This document shows positions 1 to 13,699 of a DNA stretch of 64,000 bases, one piece after another. The notes under the pieces are model-generated. The model was not told the origin of the DNA and searched no databases. It saw nothing but the letters and a program-made list of their open reading frames with translations. The position numbers were made by a program, and so were the translations under genes. The first letter of the stretch is position 1; each line of letters starts with the position of its first letter. The stretch is taken from assembly GCA_040954595.2 (NCBI GenBank), contig CM082597.2, forward strand, positions 3,440,014 through 3,504,013, in the 5' to 3' direction. Source of the DNA: Balanoglossus misakiensis (lineage: Eukaryota > Animalia > Hemichordata).

Positions 1-950
1 TACAGCTGTCTTGAGACAGCAGCGGGCTAAGAACAACAACATCACGATTGATTAGGAAGAGAATGCTTCGTCTTTGACTGGCGTGTTTTCATCGATTTGT
101 ACTATTAACCAAATACGTGGACGTCGGGCGTATGATAATTCGCTAAAGAAAGCCTGACATGCTCGGAGATTGATTATTGGGGAATTTTACAGCACAGGTG
201 AAGTTGTGCAATCTCTTAAATGATAATCAAGAAATGCATGTTTTCATGATATGTGAATGCTGTCAGGATCTCTGACAAGCGGGAGATGCATTTCATGCAA
301 GACAATTCTTGCTGCCTCAAATGGGGTTTTGCCACTTAGGCGAGCGATAAAAATCTCACGTGGCCGACAGAATTGAGAGATGGTGTATTTCTACTATGTT
401 TAATTAATGGTAGTTCAGAGGCAAAATTATAGTTAGGTCACACTGAAATTTTACAGCAGTACTAATTATAAAGACAGAACTTTTAGACTGGGGGAAGTCA
501 GGAAATACAGCTGACATCATCTATTCAATTTCTTACTACAGTGAGCTGTCTATCTTTTTACCCACAATGCATTTATTATGATGTAATTAGACCCCCTAGC
601 ACCAAGTAAAAACCTATTTAGTGTTGCTAGATTTGTCTCTCAGTATCCAAGTTAAACCGGTAGTTTTCATGAGCAACCTTTGGATAGTTCCCAGCCATGC
701 ATACATTGAACTGAAAATATTCTGCACCAATTACCATAGATATAATAGGTATTAATGAGGTTTTGTGAAAGCATGTAAGCAATCTACATGAATATCAGGT
801 GTCTAAATCTAAAATAGAAATGCGCCAACAATGAAATATTTTGTTCTGGTGATTCACCTTTAGGCTTTTCATCTGCATGTACAGTTGTTAAAATTGTACT
901 GGGCTTCAAACATTATAATGTATTTTTGTCAATGATGCATCCGTCTGTCG

Positions 951-1030
951 ATGCATACATGTATATGTTACATACATTCATACATACATACATACATACC
1001 GGTACGTATGTAAAAAACACATGCATACAT
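951..1030. repeat. Imperfect (TACA)n microsatellite
   Basis: catacatacatacatac run, interrupted by TACCGGTA at 997-1004. Confidence 0.9.
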
Positions 1031-1980
1031 CTCGTATCATTACTATTTCTATTGAAATGTCACATGATACCTATCTTTACAAAAATTATTTATACTGGTT
1101 CTGACATGCTATCAGGTGGTAACCTTATGTTTCACCATATTCTACACCTGCTCATTAAAATATATATTACCTGAATAACAAATATACAGCTACCCACCTA
1201 GCGTACTTTTTAAAGTTCAAGAAAGAAGACGCGATCAGCAGTTAACCTATCCTCATTTACCAGCTGGACGTTTCCCACGCAACCCTTAGGATTATAAGAT
1301 GTTCAACGACCCATGCAGGGCGAATTTCTTCGCCTGTTGCAATAGTTACTACAATGAAAATGGATTGAGCTGCACAGAAGGAATGTACTGACCACTGATT
1401 TTGTCTTCAGTCCAGATGATAAGTTAGTGTACTGATTGTATAAATTGTTGCAAATCTCAGTTGAAAAGAAACAGTTTGTGTATAATTTGTTGCAAGTCTA
1501 ACAAAGACGTGTGTTGACACCAGTAGAGATTTTGGGTTGTGTTTTGTTTAGGGTGATACATTGGAAGGTCAGTACATTTTCTTCTATGCAGCTTAATTCG
1601 TTTTCATTGTATTTTGTCATCAAGCTCAAAACCTTTTTGTTTTCAACAGTACAAGTGGATCTACACAAGCAACGGAGAAAGTGGAAAAACAACACAGATC
1701 AACAAATAGCAGACGTCTGCTTGCTTCCATAATTAGACACGTTCTACGTAAACAGGTTTACCGTCCGTGATCGTCGCCGATTTCTATCGCCGCGTGCAGC
1801 TGACAGTTGTTGTGAAATGAGGGAATTTAGAAAAGTTGTGAACAAGTCTGTTAGGGCTAGCTGGCGACGTGCACGACTGACAAATTACACCACTCAGTGG
1901 TGTTATGAACGCACAACGGAAACGACACCCCAGCAAGGGAGAATGGTCTTCGAAAATGTCACCTAAAAAAGCTCAATTAC

Positions 1981-2100
1981 CTTTCTCGCAGTCCTTCGCG
2001 TCAATGCAGCAAGTTTCTCAAAGAACAGCGTTGTTCACATGACACAGTGGTGTTCAGTACAGAGAGACGTGCGCGCAGCAAACTGCGACAACAACCAACT
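1981..2100 (-). other. Candidate non-coding first exon (5' boundary approximate)
   Basis: Minus-strand donor AAG|GTAATT with exon end at 1981. Lies in a CpG-rich patch with an NRF1-like TGCGCATGCTC (2136-2146) just upstream. Confidence 0.45.
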
Positions 2101-2801
2101 CCATCACTTTGAGTACATGTACCTGCTCTTCCGCAGAGCATGCGCAGAGTGGATACCAGATTACGCATAATAAATTACAATTTACTTGTGGGGGAAAAAA
2201 ACTGAACATATTTTTTTTCCCGCTGCGCTAAGCTAATAGTCACGCATCCTGATATGAAATTGCGTCATTGATGATACTTTTTTCAATTCTATTATATTGT
2301 CCCTGCTTCATTATGCTATTAGCTTTCTTCAATTGTTGGTATACTTTACCACCAACTGGGCTGTCAGTTAAAATAAAATAATAGATACCAATTGAATAAA
2401 ATATGAAAGAAACCTAAGTATACCGGAAACAGAAGCCTTATAAATTCCTTTAGGATATTCAATAGGACGTTTTAACATTTTACATAACTTTTAATTTACG
2501 TGAAATGTTAATGTTTTTTAAGGGCACGTTTCTGTCTTTTATATTCAATCAGACAATCACCCTAATGCTACATCCGGAGACGGCATAACCTCAGTGTCTC
2601 CTGGAGGTATCATCACTAGCGACGGAAGTTATTAGCGAGAACATTTTAACCGGATATTAGTAGTGTAGCGAAGAGATCGCTTACACACTGATCTCATAAA
2701 CGGTGTGGGTCGACGTCCCAACCGTAACTTTCATGCCTCACTTTCAATTGGTAAATCCACAATGCTTACTTACAACCATTGAAAAAATACCACATGCTTA
2801 C

Positions 2802-2875
2802 ATTGGCATGGTCATGTTTATCCAGGCTTTGGCTGCATTGTTTCCTGTTCCAATTAATCCTGGCTGATCATTTTT
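2802..2875 (-). other. Candidate 74-nt internal exon, open only in phase 0 (KNDQPGLIGTGNNAAKAWINMTMP)
   Basis: Acceptor ctcatatttcag| and donor AAT|GTAAGC. The other two frames stop. A second possible donor GTAAGT lies near 2773. Confidence 0.35.
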
Positions 2876-5529
2876 CTGAAATATGAGTTTCTTGAACATT
2901 GTGACGGACACCATGAATATTGCTGCAATGATTTCTAGAGCTTCGTATTTTAACTTCAAATCATTTTTCAGGATTCGCGAAATCAAAAACCTGCGTGACG
3001 TGTACAATGTATATTGCAAGCTTCAGCTAGTCAATATATTTTTATTGCCGAGTTAGTGTTCTTGGACCGAGCGCTTCTAAAACCTATAAGTGTCGAATCA
3101 GATACCTGCGCTCTTATGTTCAACAAACAGCCCCCCTCCCCCTCCGGAGATGCTATCGTTCCGTCAAATTCTTTGGAAAGCCGTCACGACAGCATCTACC
3201 GCCAAAAGCAGCCATTTTAGTGTGCTCATTCATCCATTGTACCCACAGGGCAAATCATGCTACGGGGCTTACAATGATTTCACCTGATTTCACAAGAAAT
3301 TCTACCGTCTTCTGCAAGAGCTGGAGCGTGATTTTGACAAGTGTGTGTGTAAAAATATCGCTGTGTCTCATAAAACGTGGATTATGGGCACATTTTCACC
3401 CATTTTAATGTACATCACATCTTCCATACAACCATAAAGTCAACATCATTTACTGTGGACACGAAGCAAATATATCATGATAGATATATGGTTGGAATAG
3501 GTCTTATGGTCTTCTGAAAACATATGTCAATTTCTGACATTTCTTTTTAGCGAGAGCAAAGTGATTAGGTCTTTTATCAATATACTCTTCCATAGTTACA
3601 ATGTGATATTTGTTCTTACTCCCTGCAAACTAGGAATGTTACCCTCGAGGCAAACACAGCATGCGGCTCTTCACAAATCCAAGTATACACACCACCGATG
3701 AAAATATTTTCTCTATGCTAACCTAAGTTTGGAGACGTTATCAGCGATTCTGGAGAACCCTCAAACGCGACAGTGTACATTTTCAAAGTGCATACTTGAA
3801 ACGCTTTCTACAATACGTCGGTTTTGATATTTTACCCTTTCCTATCAAGACGGGATTTTTTCCCCAGCTCAAGTACTTGTCCACTGTGCGAATTATTTTA
3901 CCAATTAAAATTTGCTTTGGAACCATCTGGCCCCAAAATAATTCCAATTCCCCCAGTATTCGCCGCTGTGAGTCTGCCATACGTTTTAGTAAAATGATAC
4001 CCTGTAACCAGTATATTTTACTTCCTGCTGTTCGGTTACTTTTAAACTCTACAACAAGTAGAAAACATTTCTACAGCGTCGTTCTTGGAAGACAGTTTGG
4101 AAGCCATTTACTGAAAACGCATCTCTCTGCCCTTTCCGAATAATCGTCATTGCTGATCGTTTTAATGTGTCTCTCGTTTAAAGGCGGTGTCTTTTTACTC
4201 TTGGCATTTCCTTTCTTTCTTTTTTAATTTCAGCGAAAATGTATTGAATTAAATATTATCCGTTTCATCTTTCAGACCCAGGGCTATGCGCGTGCGATGC
4301 AGTACTAGTCTCTCATTAAACTATTGGATGTTGATCAGTTGCGTCTGTTTGGAACAAACATAAAGGTCTTCTTATGTGGGTTTCACCAATCAAAGTAAAA
4401 GCTTTGTTTATCTCACATTTATGTTTTCCTTCTCAACATGTTTTTTTTTTTTTTTGCAGATCGCCGAAAAAATAAAGATATTCATTTCATCAATCCCAGC
4501 CATACATTTGGCAAAACTTCAGGAAGTTAATGATGTCCGATGAAACTAAAGAAACTTGCAATATCAGCTTACATGTCATTAGAAACCAGGCGCAATGGTT
4601 CTATAGAGAATCTAAATTTCTCTTCTCGTTATACATTTTATTGCAGTCTCCTTATACCACTTAATACGCCCAGCTGCTAAATAATGCATAAACACTGTAT
4701 TGTATTTCATAGGTATTATCAATCACCCATTTGTACATGCCTTCTTTATCTTGGTCGATAGCCTTCGCTATACTTTGAAAACGGGACCGTCGAATATATT
4801 GTGTGGGCCATATTTACTTTTACTGTTGAGTGTCAAGTCACTCTCGCAAGACCAAACATTGCGTGGCATTTGAGTACTTTGATGATGTCTCTTGTTGTAA
4901 TTTACCACTCAACAAATATTGTAACTATTGGAAGGTGTATTTCATTATTGGTCTATTATGGAGGTCATGGAAGTGGCCTATTTCATGTTTTCTGGTTGGA
5001 GATTGTGAAATCATTTTTGTGAGTTTCAAAACGTTCACCGAATACCAGTGATGTCATGTACAGTCATCACTATGCGTGCACATCTGGTGATGAGGTGTCT
5101 CACAAGAAACCAGGAAACATTCTCGAGTGCATATAAATGGATTCTAGGGAAAGACAAAGACAAAGACAACACTTGACAAGTGTGAGCTGCCATTTGACTG
5201 AGGTGGCTCTATTTTAAGAGAGACTTTCATCAGCGGCCGGGAAGACATCACGATTTTATTGTATTGTAATTTAATTACTGTTGAGTTATAGAACTGTCCG
5301 CGACCACGATTGCCATCGCGGTCGCCTTCTCGATTTTAAATTTAATTTACAACCGATATCTATAGAGTAGAGTTGAGAGCAGGAGAATCAATGAAAACTT
5401 TGGCGCCCTGGTTCTTTGCACAATCTTGATGAAATGTACGGTCAAAACACTAAGTGTTCATGCCATATACCCTACGGATGGGCAGTCAGTGAGCAATGGT
5501 ATTCACTTCATCCATTTGTTTTTAACATT

Positions 5530-5625
5530 TACACACACAGAGAGATAGAGGGAGAGATACAGACAGACAGAGGTAAAGAGGCAGACGGACAGACAGACAG
5601 ACTGTGACGTTGACTGACTGATAGA
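5530..5625. repeat. Compound (CA)/(GA)/(GACA)n microsatellite
   Basis: Direct reading. Confidence 0.85.
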
Positions 5626-8212
5626 AATAGACTGATAAAGTACTGCAACTGAGAGAAAAAGATGTGAAATTTGCCCGGATGACTAAATAACACACATACA
5701 GTCTCAACATCTACGACATACACAGAAACACACAGAACGGCCTTCTTTACATTCATTGATCTGATTAAAACTGTATCACGGTGTAAAATGTATTGAGGAA
5801 ATAATTCAATCGCACTGTGTAAGTGCTCCCACGTTAGACAATGTGAAACCCGGAAGGTTTTTGGGAAGTTGTTAAGAGAAGTATTGTAGGATTCACTCTA
5901 CAGCTCTAGAGATGGTAATCACATACAAAACCATATCTGATATGCTTAATCTTGTTTGTTTTACATTCACGCTGGCACTACAAATTTTTGATAGCATAAT
6001 TTATATTTTTGTTACCGGGGAAACTTTTATTATGCAACTATTTTTCAACGAGAGGAAATGAAACGGGATTTGAGTGACAGGTTCGCGTTTTCGTACCTCG
6101 CTTATATTTATTCCATTATGTCACTGTATACACATAAAAATCTATCAAGAAACATTTATTCTGAGTGGTACACCCTATAAAAACCACATGTCTGAGTGAA
6201 AACCTGAGTGACTAAACAAGAAAAGTAATGCTATCATATGTTATGTCCACAGGTCTTCGAAAGCAGATGTCTCGCGCATCTCGTAGTAGCAATTTGTGAT
6301 ATATATAACTATATCTATTTTTTTTTCTATTGGTTCTTCCAACATATCAATTGATGTACCCAAGGGAACTATTCATTATGAATATGAATAAAATATTTTT
6401 AGATGTCACAACAGTCTGGTTCTTATATTAACTAAATTTCACGCTGTTTTGACCTGTGTGTACAGATATCTATACACCCACGTCTGTGAATATGTATTTT
6501 GCTGATATTAGTGATGTGACCCTTTGCTTCTGAAGGTCACTAGGACCTGCTGTATAGACAGCGGGGTCTATTGTTCAACCATGGATGCATGTACCACGAG
6601 AAACACAGCCTTTAGAAATTTCAATAACCTGGGCCTTTGTGCTTGCCTGTTTAAGCGCTCTTATAAGCACATGGCGTACATCATTTTGCTGCTATACACC
6701 CCGGCTATACCACATGGTAATTTGCACAGTTCATAACAATCTCATTTGGTGAACAGTCCACATTCTGTTTCATAATGTATTGGTGATCTTTGCTCCCTTT
6801 CGTTTAATAAAGATAGACAGCTTTAATTGCAGATATAGCAGACACGAAGCCGTAATCTTTCCCAGTATTGAAATATTTGACAACTACTAAGTTCTGTTTG
6901 CGCAGGTCCACTTTTTACCTCATTTGTAGTTACAGGCAACATGTATAGCTATATTCCCAATTAACTGAACTGGTGTGCGTTTTGTTGCGGTCTTATTCTA
7001 GTGTTGTGTGCCACTCTGTTGCTTGAATCAGAGGTTTATTGACATTTTATTACATCAGCAGGTGGTAGGGCAAAGGCTTTCTACACTGAACGACTGCATG
7101 AACCTAATAAAAGGCAGAGCTACATGTATTCATCACGAACGTACCCCCTATATAGAGTATGCCCATGAATGGTGACATCGTCAGAATACAAGAACAACAA
7201 TAACATTAACAACCACCACCACAACAATAATAAGAGCAATAAACAAACAAACAGATAAACAGACAAATGTAAGGCCCTGCTCCCTAGGTGTGTCTTCAAA
7301 AAGCAGAAGTAAAACGCCATAGACAGTGAAATGAGGATGAATGCTGATGTTCAGATCTCAACCACTAATTTTAGCGCAAGAGCTAAAATTAGGCCATTTA
7401 CAGATAGTTTACTTTGTCACAATACGCGGGAAATATTGCTACATATTGTTGGCCACATGTTCCACTCCTAGGTCTCAGAAAAAATACCCGCATTCCTAAC
7501 ATGGTATTAACTTGCTGGTGAAACATATGTTTTGGGGACTAGTGCATTATAGAGGGATTAAAACTGAATTGTACGCATTTAACACACTGTTGTGTGCAAT
7601 GATTTAGTCCAACAATGTATCCAGCCTCGGTGATTCTAACACTATGAAGGTTAAATTCCTGTTATACATGTAACACGTTGTATTTAAATATTCGATCATC
7701 AGAATGATAAGGCAGTGTACTTTCTGCTTTCAACTTTCTGTTCTTACGCCTTACGGATACAGTCCCTTGGATTGAGATTCGTACATTCATTGCTTCGTGA
7801 GTGCCTGCAAAGTTTTCTTTCAAGCTCAGTAGTATGACGTACTTCTACACGTCAATTTGCTTCGTGACATGATCAAAGATGGCCGCCAGCCAGACATATT
7901 GCAAGGAAACTACTGACATATATGCCAGCACTTATACATCAGACATGCACGACCCGATTTCGCTGTTGGTGGCGGAAGAGACACACAACAACTGCAAATG
8001 TCAGGAAACTGTATGGAGTAACATTATCCATTGATTGGAGTATGTTGGATGAAAATGATGATTCAACTAATGCCACATGATTCTGCCGACTCTGACATGA
8101 AACAACGAGTGTACTTTTTATTTAAACTCATACATGTCAATTATATATTGTGCTAATTTCAGTTAAAATACCTGAAATAAAACACCGTAAATGAATAATG
8201 CAATTTAACGTC

Positions 8213-8270
8213 AACCAACCAACCAACCAACCAACCAATCAACTAACCAACCAACCAGTCTAACTAACTT
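8213..8270. repeat. (AACC)n/(AACT)n microsatellite
   Basis: aaccaaccaaccaacc run. Confidence 0.9.
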
Positions 8271-9137
8271 CATCACGTTAACCAACAAAACAAGCAACCA
8301 CTTAAACTAATTTATCCCTATTTTTACATGCAAACGAGGATGGCGAACATCTTGGACCGATGACAGCTTATCATAACTGAGTTGAAATGTCACTAACAGT
8401 TGGCAACTCTTTTCCTGGGTGAGGTACCAATTTACCACTCTATAGGTAAGGGAGAAGCAATGCAGAAGCAAAGTTTTGCTCAATGGTAGGGACCTGGGTA
8501 GTGTGCCTACAGCTATGTCTGGGACTGTAAGTCAGTGTTGTTTTATATAAAACTCCATGAGTAGAAATGTCGGAAGCCACTCTAGGTTTGACTGACTTGA
8601 GCAAGCACCTCTATTAAAATGTCGTAATGATGCAAATGAGCTTAGCCATAACGTGAAGTTTGTCAAAATGCTGTCTACAAAGAATGATTTTGCAGACAAT
8701 TTTGTACACCGATGATACGGACGCGGCATATTCAACTTTTGGTTTTTCGTTCTGCATAGAGTACTCCATTAGCATGTTTTTGTGTTTTAATGGGTTCGCA
8801 GACGCGCAAATTACACGGGTAAATGCAGTTTCAAAGAAAACGCGTTACGTCGGCTGTCTTGTAAGGCTTGGTTGTCGACGTGGGTAGAAGGGAGAGAAAG
8901 ATCAACAGTCTGAAGTAGAGAACCACGTGGGCGTAGTCGAAAACACGGCGATAGAGACACAGAGACCGCGGACAAGGACGCGGCAAACGATACATGCAGA
9001 CAGACGAAAACAAACTGATATATGGGCAGTCGAATTCATGCACAGCAATGGAGAAACAGCAAATGAGACAACTCGAGAAACAAAAACAGAAGGAGACTGA
9101 AACAGACAGCTGGATACAAAAACAGGAAAAGGGCTGT

Positions 9138-9466
9138 ATTAACCCAATATGTAATAATTAACCCTACCGGTATATGTAATACTAACCTGATACCAGATAG
9201 TCCCATAGTATCAGTTTTCAAATGGGACAAAAGTATGACATACATGTATAGGGTGAAGTTTTATTACATATTGGGTTAGTATTACAATAAGAGTTATGTT
9301 TTGTATGCATATTAGGTTAGTATAATTAAGTTTGTACATGTTAGGTTAGCATTACATATTGGGTTAAGTGTTATTACATATGGGTTAGCATTACATTGGG
9401 CAATGTGTTAATACATATTCGGTAAGTGTAATTACATTCTGGGTTAGTGTTACATATCAGGGTAAT
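9138..9466. repeat. Foldback minisatellite of an ~18-22-bp ATTACATATTGGGTTAG unit (MITE-like)
   Basis: About 10 degenerate forward units at 9262-9466. Two to three reverse-complement units (TAACCCAATATGTAAT) at 9138-9190. Confidence 0.8.
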
Positions 9467-9888
9467 TCAAAGGCAACATGCAGTTGTATGTTTATGGACT
9501 TTAAGTGACGAGACAGATAAGTCACGGAGCTGCACATTCTGGTTGACGCAGTGCAAGGAAGGAAGGATGGGTGAAGTCCCCAACCAGACAGCCTGGCAGA
9601 CAGAAAAAGAGAAGCCATAGTGACACGTATAGACAGTATGGAAGCAGATGTACAAGGAGGGAAGGGAAGGGTCCCAGATATGCAGGAAGATAACAAGGGC
9701 AGATTCGAGACCCATCAGACAAAAGTCTGATTGAATAATTAAGCGCCGCGCATTAACCTGTCACGCGCATAAAGCGCGGCTACGTCAACAGATCGGCCGT
9801 TCAGATTAACGACTTAAATCTCGAAGACGTGTCCTGCTGGTCACGGTAAAGTGAACACCTCAATAAAGTATAGCCAAAGCAATCTTAC

Positions 9889-9948
9889 CTCACCATGTAC
9901 TACCGTCTCAAGCTAAAGAGTGACCACCAGTGTTGACAGCTGAGAAAT
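9889..9948 (-). other. 60-nt internal exon, probably 5'UTR plus start codon
   Basis: Very strong acceptor ctctctgtttctttctttctctgcag| and donor GAG|GTAAGA. All three frames have a stop before the terminal ATG GTG AG. Alternative donor ATG|GTGAGG at 9894. Confidence 0.7.
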
Positions 9949-10685
9949 CTGCAGAGAAAGAAAGAAACAGAGAGTTCCTTTAGGTGAGACATGTCACGTG
10001 ATCGTGTAATAGTTTATGTGACTATTTCCCATGGGAAATAACCACTCTCTCTCTTTTCTAGTCACATAATTCATTGTGACCTGTTGTGGAACAACTTGAG
10101 CATGGATTGTGTCATAATGACATCGTCTGTTCCCCCAAGCACAACCAGGATATGCGTATTGAAATAACAATGCTACAATAACAACTAAGGCTATTTGCAC
10201 CTCTGAGAATTGTCTTTAAATTTACAGAAACCAATATACAGAATAATATGCAGAACAGGCTCAAAACTATAACTATAACCTTTCATAAAAAAAGTGATAA
10301 TTTTGTGAATATTCTTTAAACACATGCTATTTTCTAATGGTGCAATTCGATTTTTTTTTCAATGTCCAGATGGCATTTTCACATGAAACTGCTATCGAAT
10401 GTGACATTTCAGGCCACATAAACGGGTTTTCCGGGGTTCATCGTGCTCGATCGAAGGAAGAACACTGATTCAAACGTTTCTATCTGTTTCCTCAATAGGT
10501 AGTCGTTGACTCTTTATAATGAGAGTTTTGAAATCATTAGGTTTAAATGTGTTGTTTAGCGGAGAGAGCATTGATGATTTCAAAAATAATTTATATTGGG
10601 AGACAATCAAGAATGTACAAAAATAAACTGCAACAATATCGTGGTAACAGGCGGATATATAGGCCACCAGTTGGAATAAGACAGT

Positions 10686-10816
10686 ATGACAGACAGACAG
10701 ACAGACAAGTAGAGAGTCAACTGTCTGACAGACAGACTGTCAGATAGACAGACAGACAGACAAACTGTCAGACAGGCAGACATACAGACCGATAGAGTGA
10801 GAGCTAGACAGACAGA
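10686..10816. repeat. (GACA)n microsatellite, degenerate
   Basis: Direct reading. Confidence 0.9.
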
Positions 10817-12316
10817 TAATATCGTTATCAAAGTTCTTCTCTGTCTGTCCATTTTGAAACAATCAATGACAGGATCCCCAATTTAATTGTACTTATTCCC
10901 GAGTCACCATCTGTTTTGGATCGGTATTGAAAAGCAGTTAACTTCGACCGTTTGTTTGCACGAAAATAAAACTCCGTCAACGATTTTAACGATTGCCCTC
11001 CCAGTGATCATGACGTCACAAACGGCGAAACGCATTCAGGTTGCCAATCACTCTGGTATTAAAAGCTCTCAGAAAGTGCATCTGAAGAGCGCTTTGGCAC
11101 AGGCAAGTGGCTCTTAACGCAGCGTTGTCACTGTGAAATATTACTGTAACTACAGACAGTACAGCAAGACACTGTAACATATGCAGTTAAGAGTGTACTG
11201 TTATTCTAAGGCGCCAGATATGTCTTTTTTGCAGACATAATAGTCTGTCTGTAATAAATATGCGATTACCAGTTTCAAATATTACATGTTGGTTTTGTGG
11301 TACATGGGACATAAAATTGTATATTGCACTGTATATTTTCTTTCAAATCATATGCTGCTAATTTACGATGTTTTACAAACGATGCATTTTGCAGTGGAGT
11401 TGAAAGTGATAAGTGAATTATTTCCTTTATCTGATCCCATTACTTTGAATTGTAACTCAGAACAAATGGCACATCTTAAAGCTTTATCACAAACTTAGTA
11501 CATTTCCATTAGTGTGGTCGCAGAGTGTTCAGCTTATAGGTGTTGTAGGGCTGTAAAATTGCAGTAATGGCTTCGGTCCAGAATGTGAATGCAGGGCCCA
11601 AATTTCCCACTTGGTCAAGTCTGATTAGAGGGCTTTATTAAACCATCTCTGTGGTAAACAGAAATGCACTGGGAATCACTACAAACCCATCTTCATTCTC
11701 ATATACGAATTTTATAAATTTATAGATTTAAAATATCCATCTCTACCACACATCATATTTGGAAACATTTACTTGTTAACCATCAGTGTGCGTCCCCGGG
11801 TAGATATGTTTTTTTTTCAAAAGGAAAACAACCCAGATAAACGTCAATATTCCGGTTCACAGCGGTTAATGAAGAACGTACAAATCATGAAAATGATTTC
11901 TCAGGCGAAGACGAACAATAAGGTGTAGAATAAATGCAGAATGTATTCCGAGTCTAAAATGTTGGAAACCAATTATCCTTTGTGTAAACACACCCGGGAA
12001 TTGATCAAACTTCTGAGAAGCGACATGTAGATACGCCAGTTAAATAGGATACAGAAACGCAGAATCCCTCCTGACAAAGGGGTTTGCCAGCAATGTAATC
12101 GACCTCAGTGAATCCCATTGTTTCTTTGGAAACGTCGTTCACTGTGCACTCGGGAGAAAAAAATTGATTACTTCGTTATTTTGCGAAGAGGAGGGTTTCT
12201 TTATTGGTGACTTGAATACCGAAAGCAAGTGAAAAGCGAGAAGTATTAAGCAGTTGCATTGTACGCTGGGCAATTTTCATTTCAGTCGTTGTGAGCTTTT
12301 TTCTAAGATTAGTCCG

Positions 12317-12330
12317 GTTGCTATGGCAAT
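12317..12330. promoter_or_regulatory. RFX X-box-like motif
   Basis: GTTGCTATGGCAAT resembles the consensus GTTGCCATGGCAAC. Confidence 0.4.
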
Positions 12331-12928
12331 GAGTATAAACTACTACTTCATAAGCATCGACAGAGTTTTCATTTGCACATACTGGTTGTATAAAATCGTT
12401 TTGACAACACCCACAGATCTTATGAATGGAGCAACTCACAAAACTGTATTACAGTACGCCGGATGTAGTGAAAACAACATCGTCGACGAATTGAGGAATG
12501 GAATAGTGTAGTTTTTTGTTAAGTTTTCAAATTAGCAGCTTGCGTTGCGTTGACATAAGTGGCCTTGTGCTGCGCACCATGCCCTCTCGTGCAAAAATTG
12601 CCGCACCGCAGATTGCTTCTAAACAGGTTTAGTGTATATTCCACAAGCAGAATGGAGCAATAAATGCAAGATAAAGCCCTCAAAGACACGACAAGGGAAG
12701 ACAAGTGATTCAACCTGCGGATGTATCATCAGGTGAATGTACAAATGCACTGTGGATGGATAGTTGGCTCGATGCTGGAATGTACAATACATAGCAAAAC
12801 AGGCAATAATGTACACCAAAAACAAATTAGAAAAAAATGAGAAATGGAATAAGTAGAATGAGTAATGGAAAATCGAACCGGAACCAGACGACAAGTGCCG
12901 CGACAGGTGCAACACCCGCCTCTCAAAG

Positions 12929-12981
12929 ATGGCGGACAAATCGTTTTTACCTAGGTTACCGAGAGGAGAGTTGATCACTTG
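12929..12981 (+). other. Possible + strand start exon MADKSFLPRLPRGELIT (antisense gene or transposon 5' end)
   Basis: AAGATGGCGG (YY1/Kozak-type start) in a CpG patch, then TTG|GTAATG and T-rich sequence. No downstream exon identified. Confidence 0.25.
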
Positions 12982-13699
12982 GTAATGATAATTGCCAATC
13001 TTTTATATTCATGCTTGAACTGCTTGTTCGTGCATTCGATTTCAAGACTTCTTGTGTTTATGGAACGGGAAAACAATTTACTTGCGCCAGCGAGTTTGAT
13101 ATTGGGAAAGTTAATGCATTTTGTGATTTGAATTGTCCAACTGCGTCATTGCTTTTGCTGGCGAGCTTTAGTAATGCTGGAGGTATATGAGCTTAGAGTT
13201 AGACCATTCATTACAGATGGTGCTGTTTATAGGTGTGCTGTGATGTGATGTGATGTGATCTGATGTTTTCCCTGTGTACTTCACGATTTCTGTTTCGTCA
13301 ATAAACTAATTAGTACAGGTAATAAATTTAAGACAAGTGAATACAAGTCAAGGAATATGGTCTATCGCGATTTACTCAATACCCTCCCTCACAGCCTAGA
13401 ACATCACCATGTGACCAGGTTTCCAATAAATAGAAGTAAAAAGAGCGATCTCGTCAGAAATCTCATTTTCTATGGCATACCGTACATACCGGTACAGTAT
13501 TCGCTGATGGATTTGATGTTAAACCTCTTTGAAATGCACAACAGCATACCGCTTTGGTATTTTCGAAAACAAGGAGTGAAGACCAAAGAACCGTAAAACG
13601 AAGTCTCAAAGGAGTTATTACAGCGGTGAGATTAAGGTTATACAGCCGCTGTAAAATGCCAGGGAGAAAATTAATTGATGTCATCGCCAGTCACAAATT

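Noticed and set aside
1261-1333. Minus-strand exon EEIRPAWVVEHLIILRVAWETSS
   Set aside because: Weak acceptor, and no in-frame ATG when joined to the 1981 exon
3988-4020. TACCCTGTA resembling the miR-10 5' end
   Set aside because: The match stops after 9 nt and there is no hairpin; no other conserved miRNA was recognised by eye
5300-5326. 11-bp GC hairpin as a Helitron 3' terminus
   Set aside because: No CTRR at the expected distance
9262-9466. CRISPR-like or telomeric array
   Set aside because: Units are degenerate and contiguous without unique spacers, there are no cas genes, and GGGTTA is not in pure tandem
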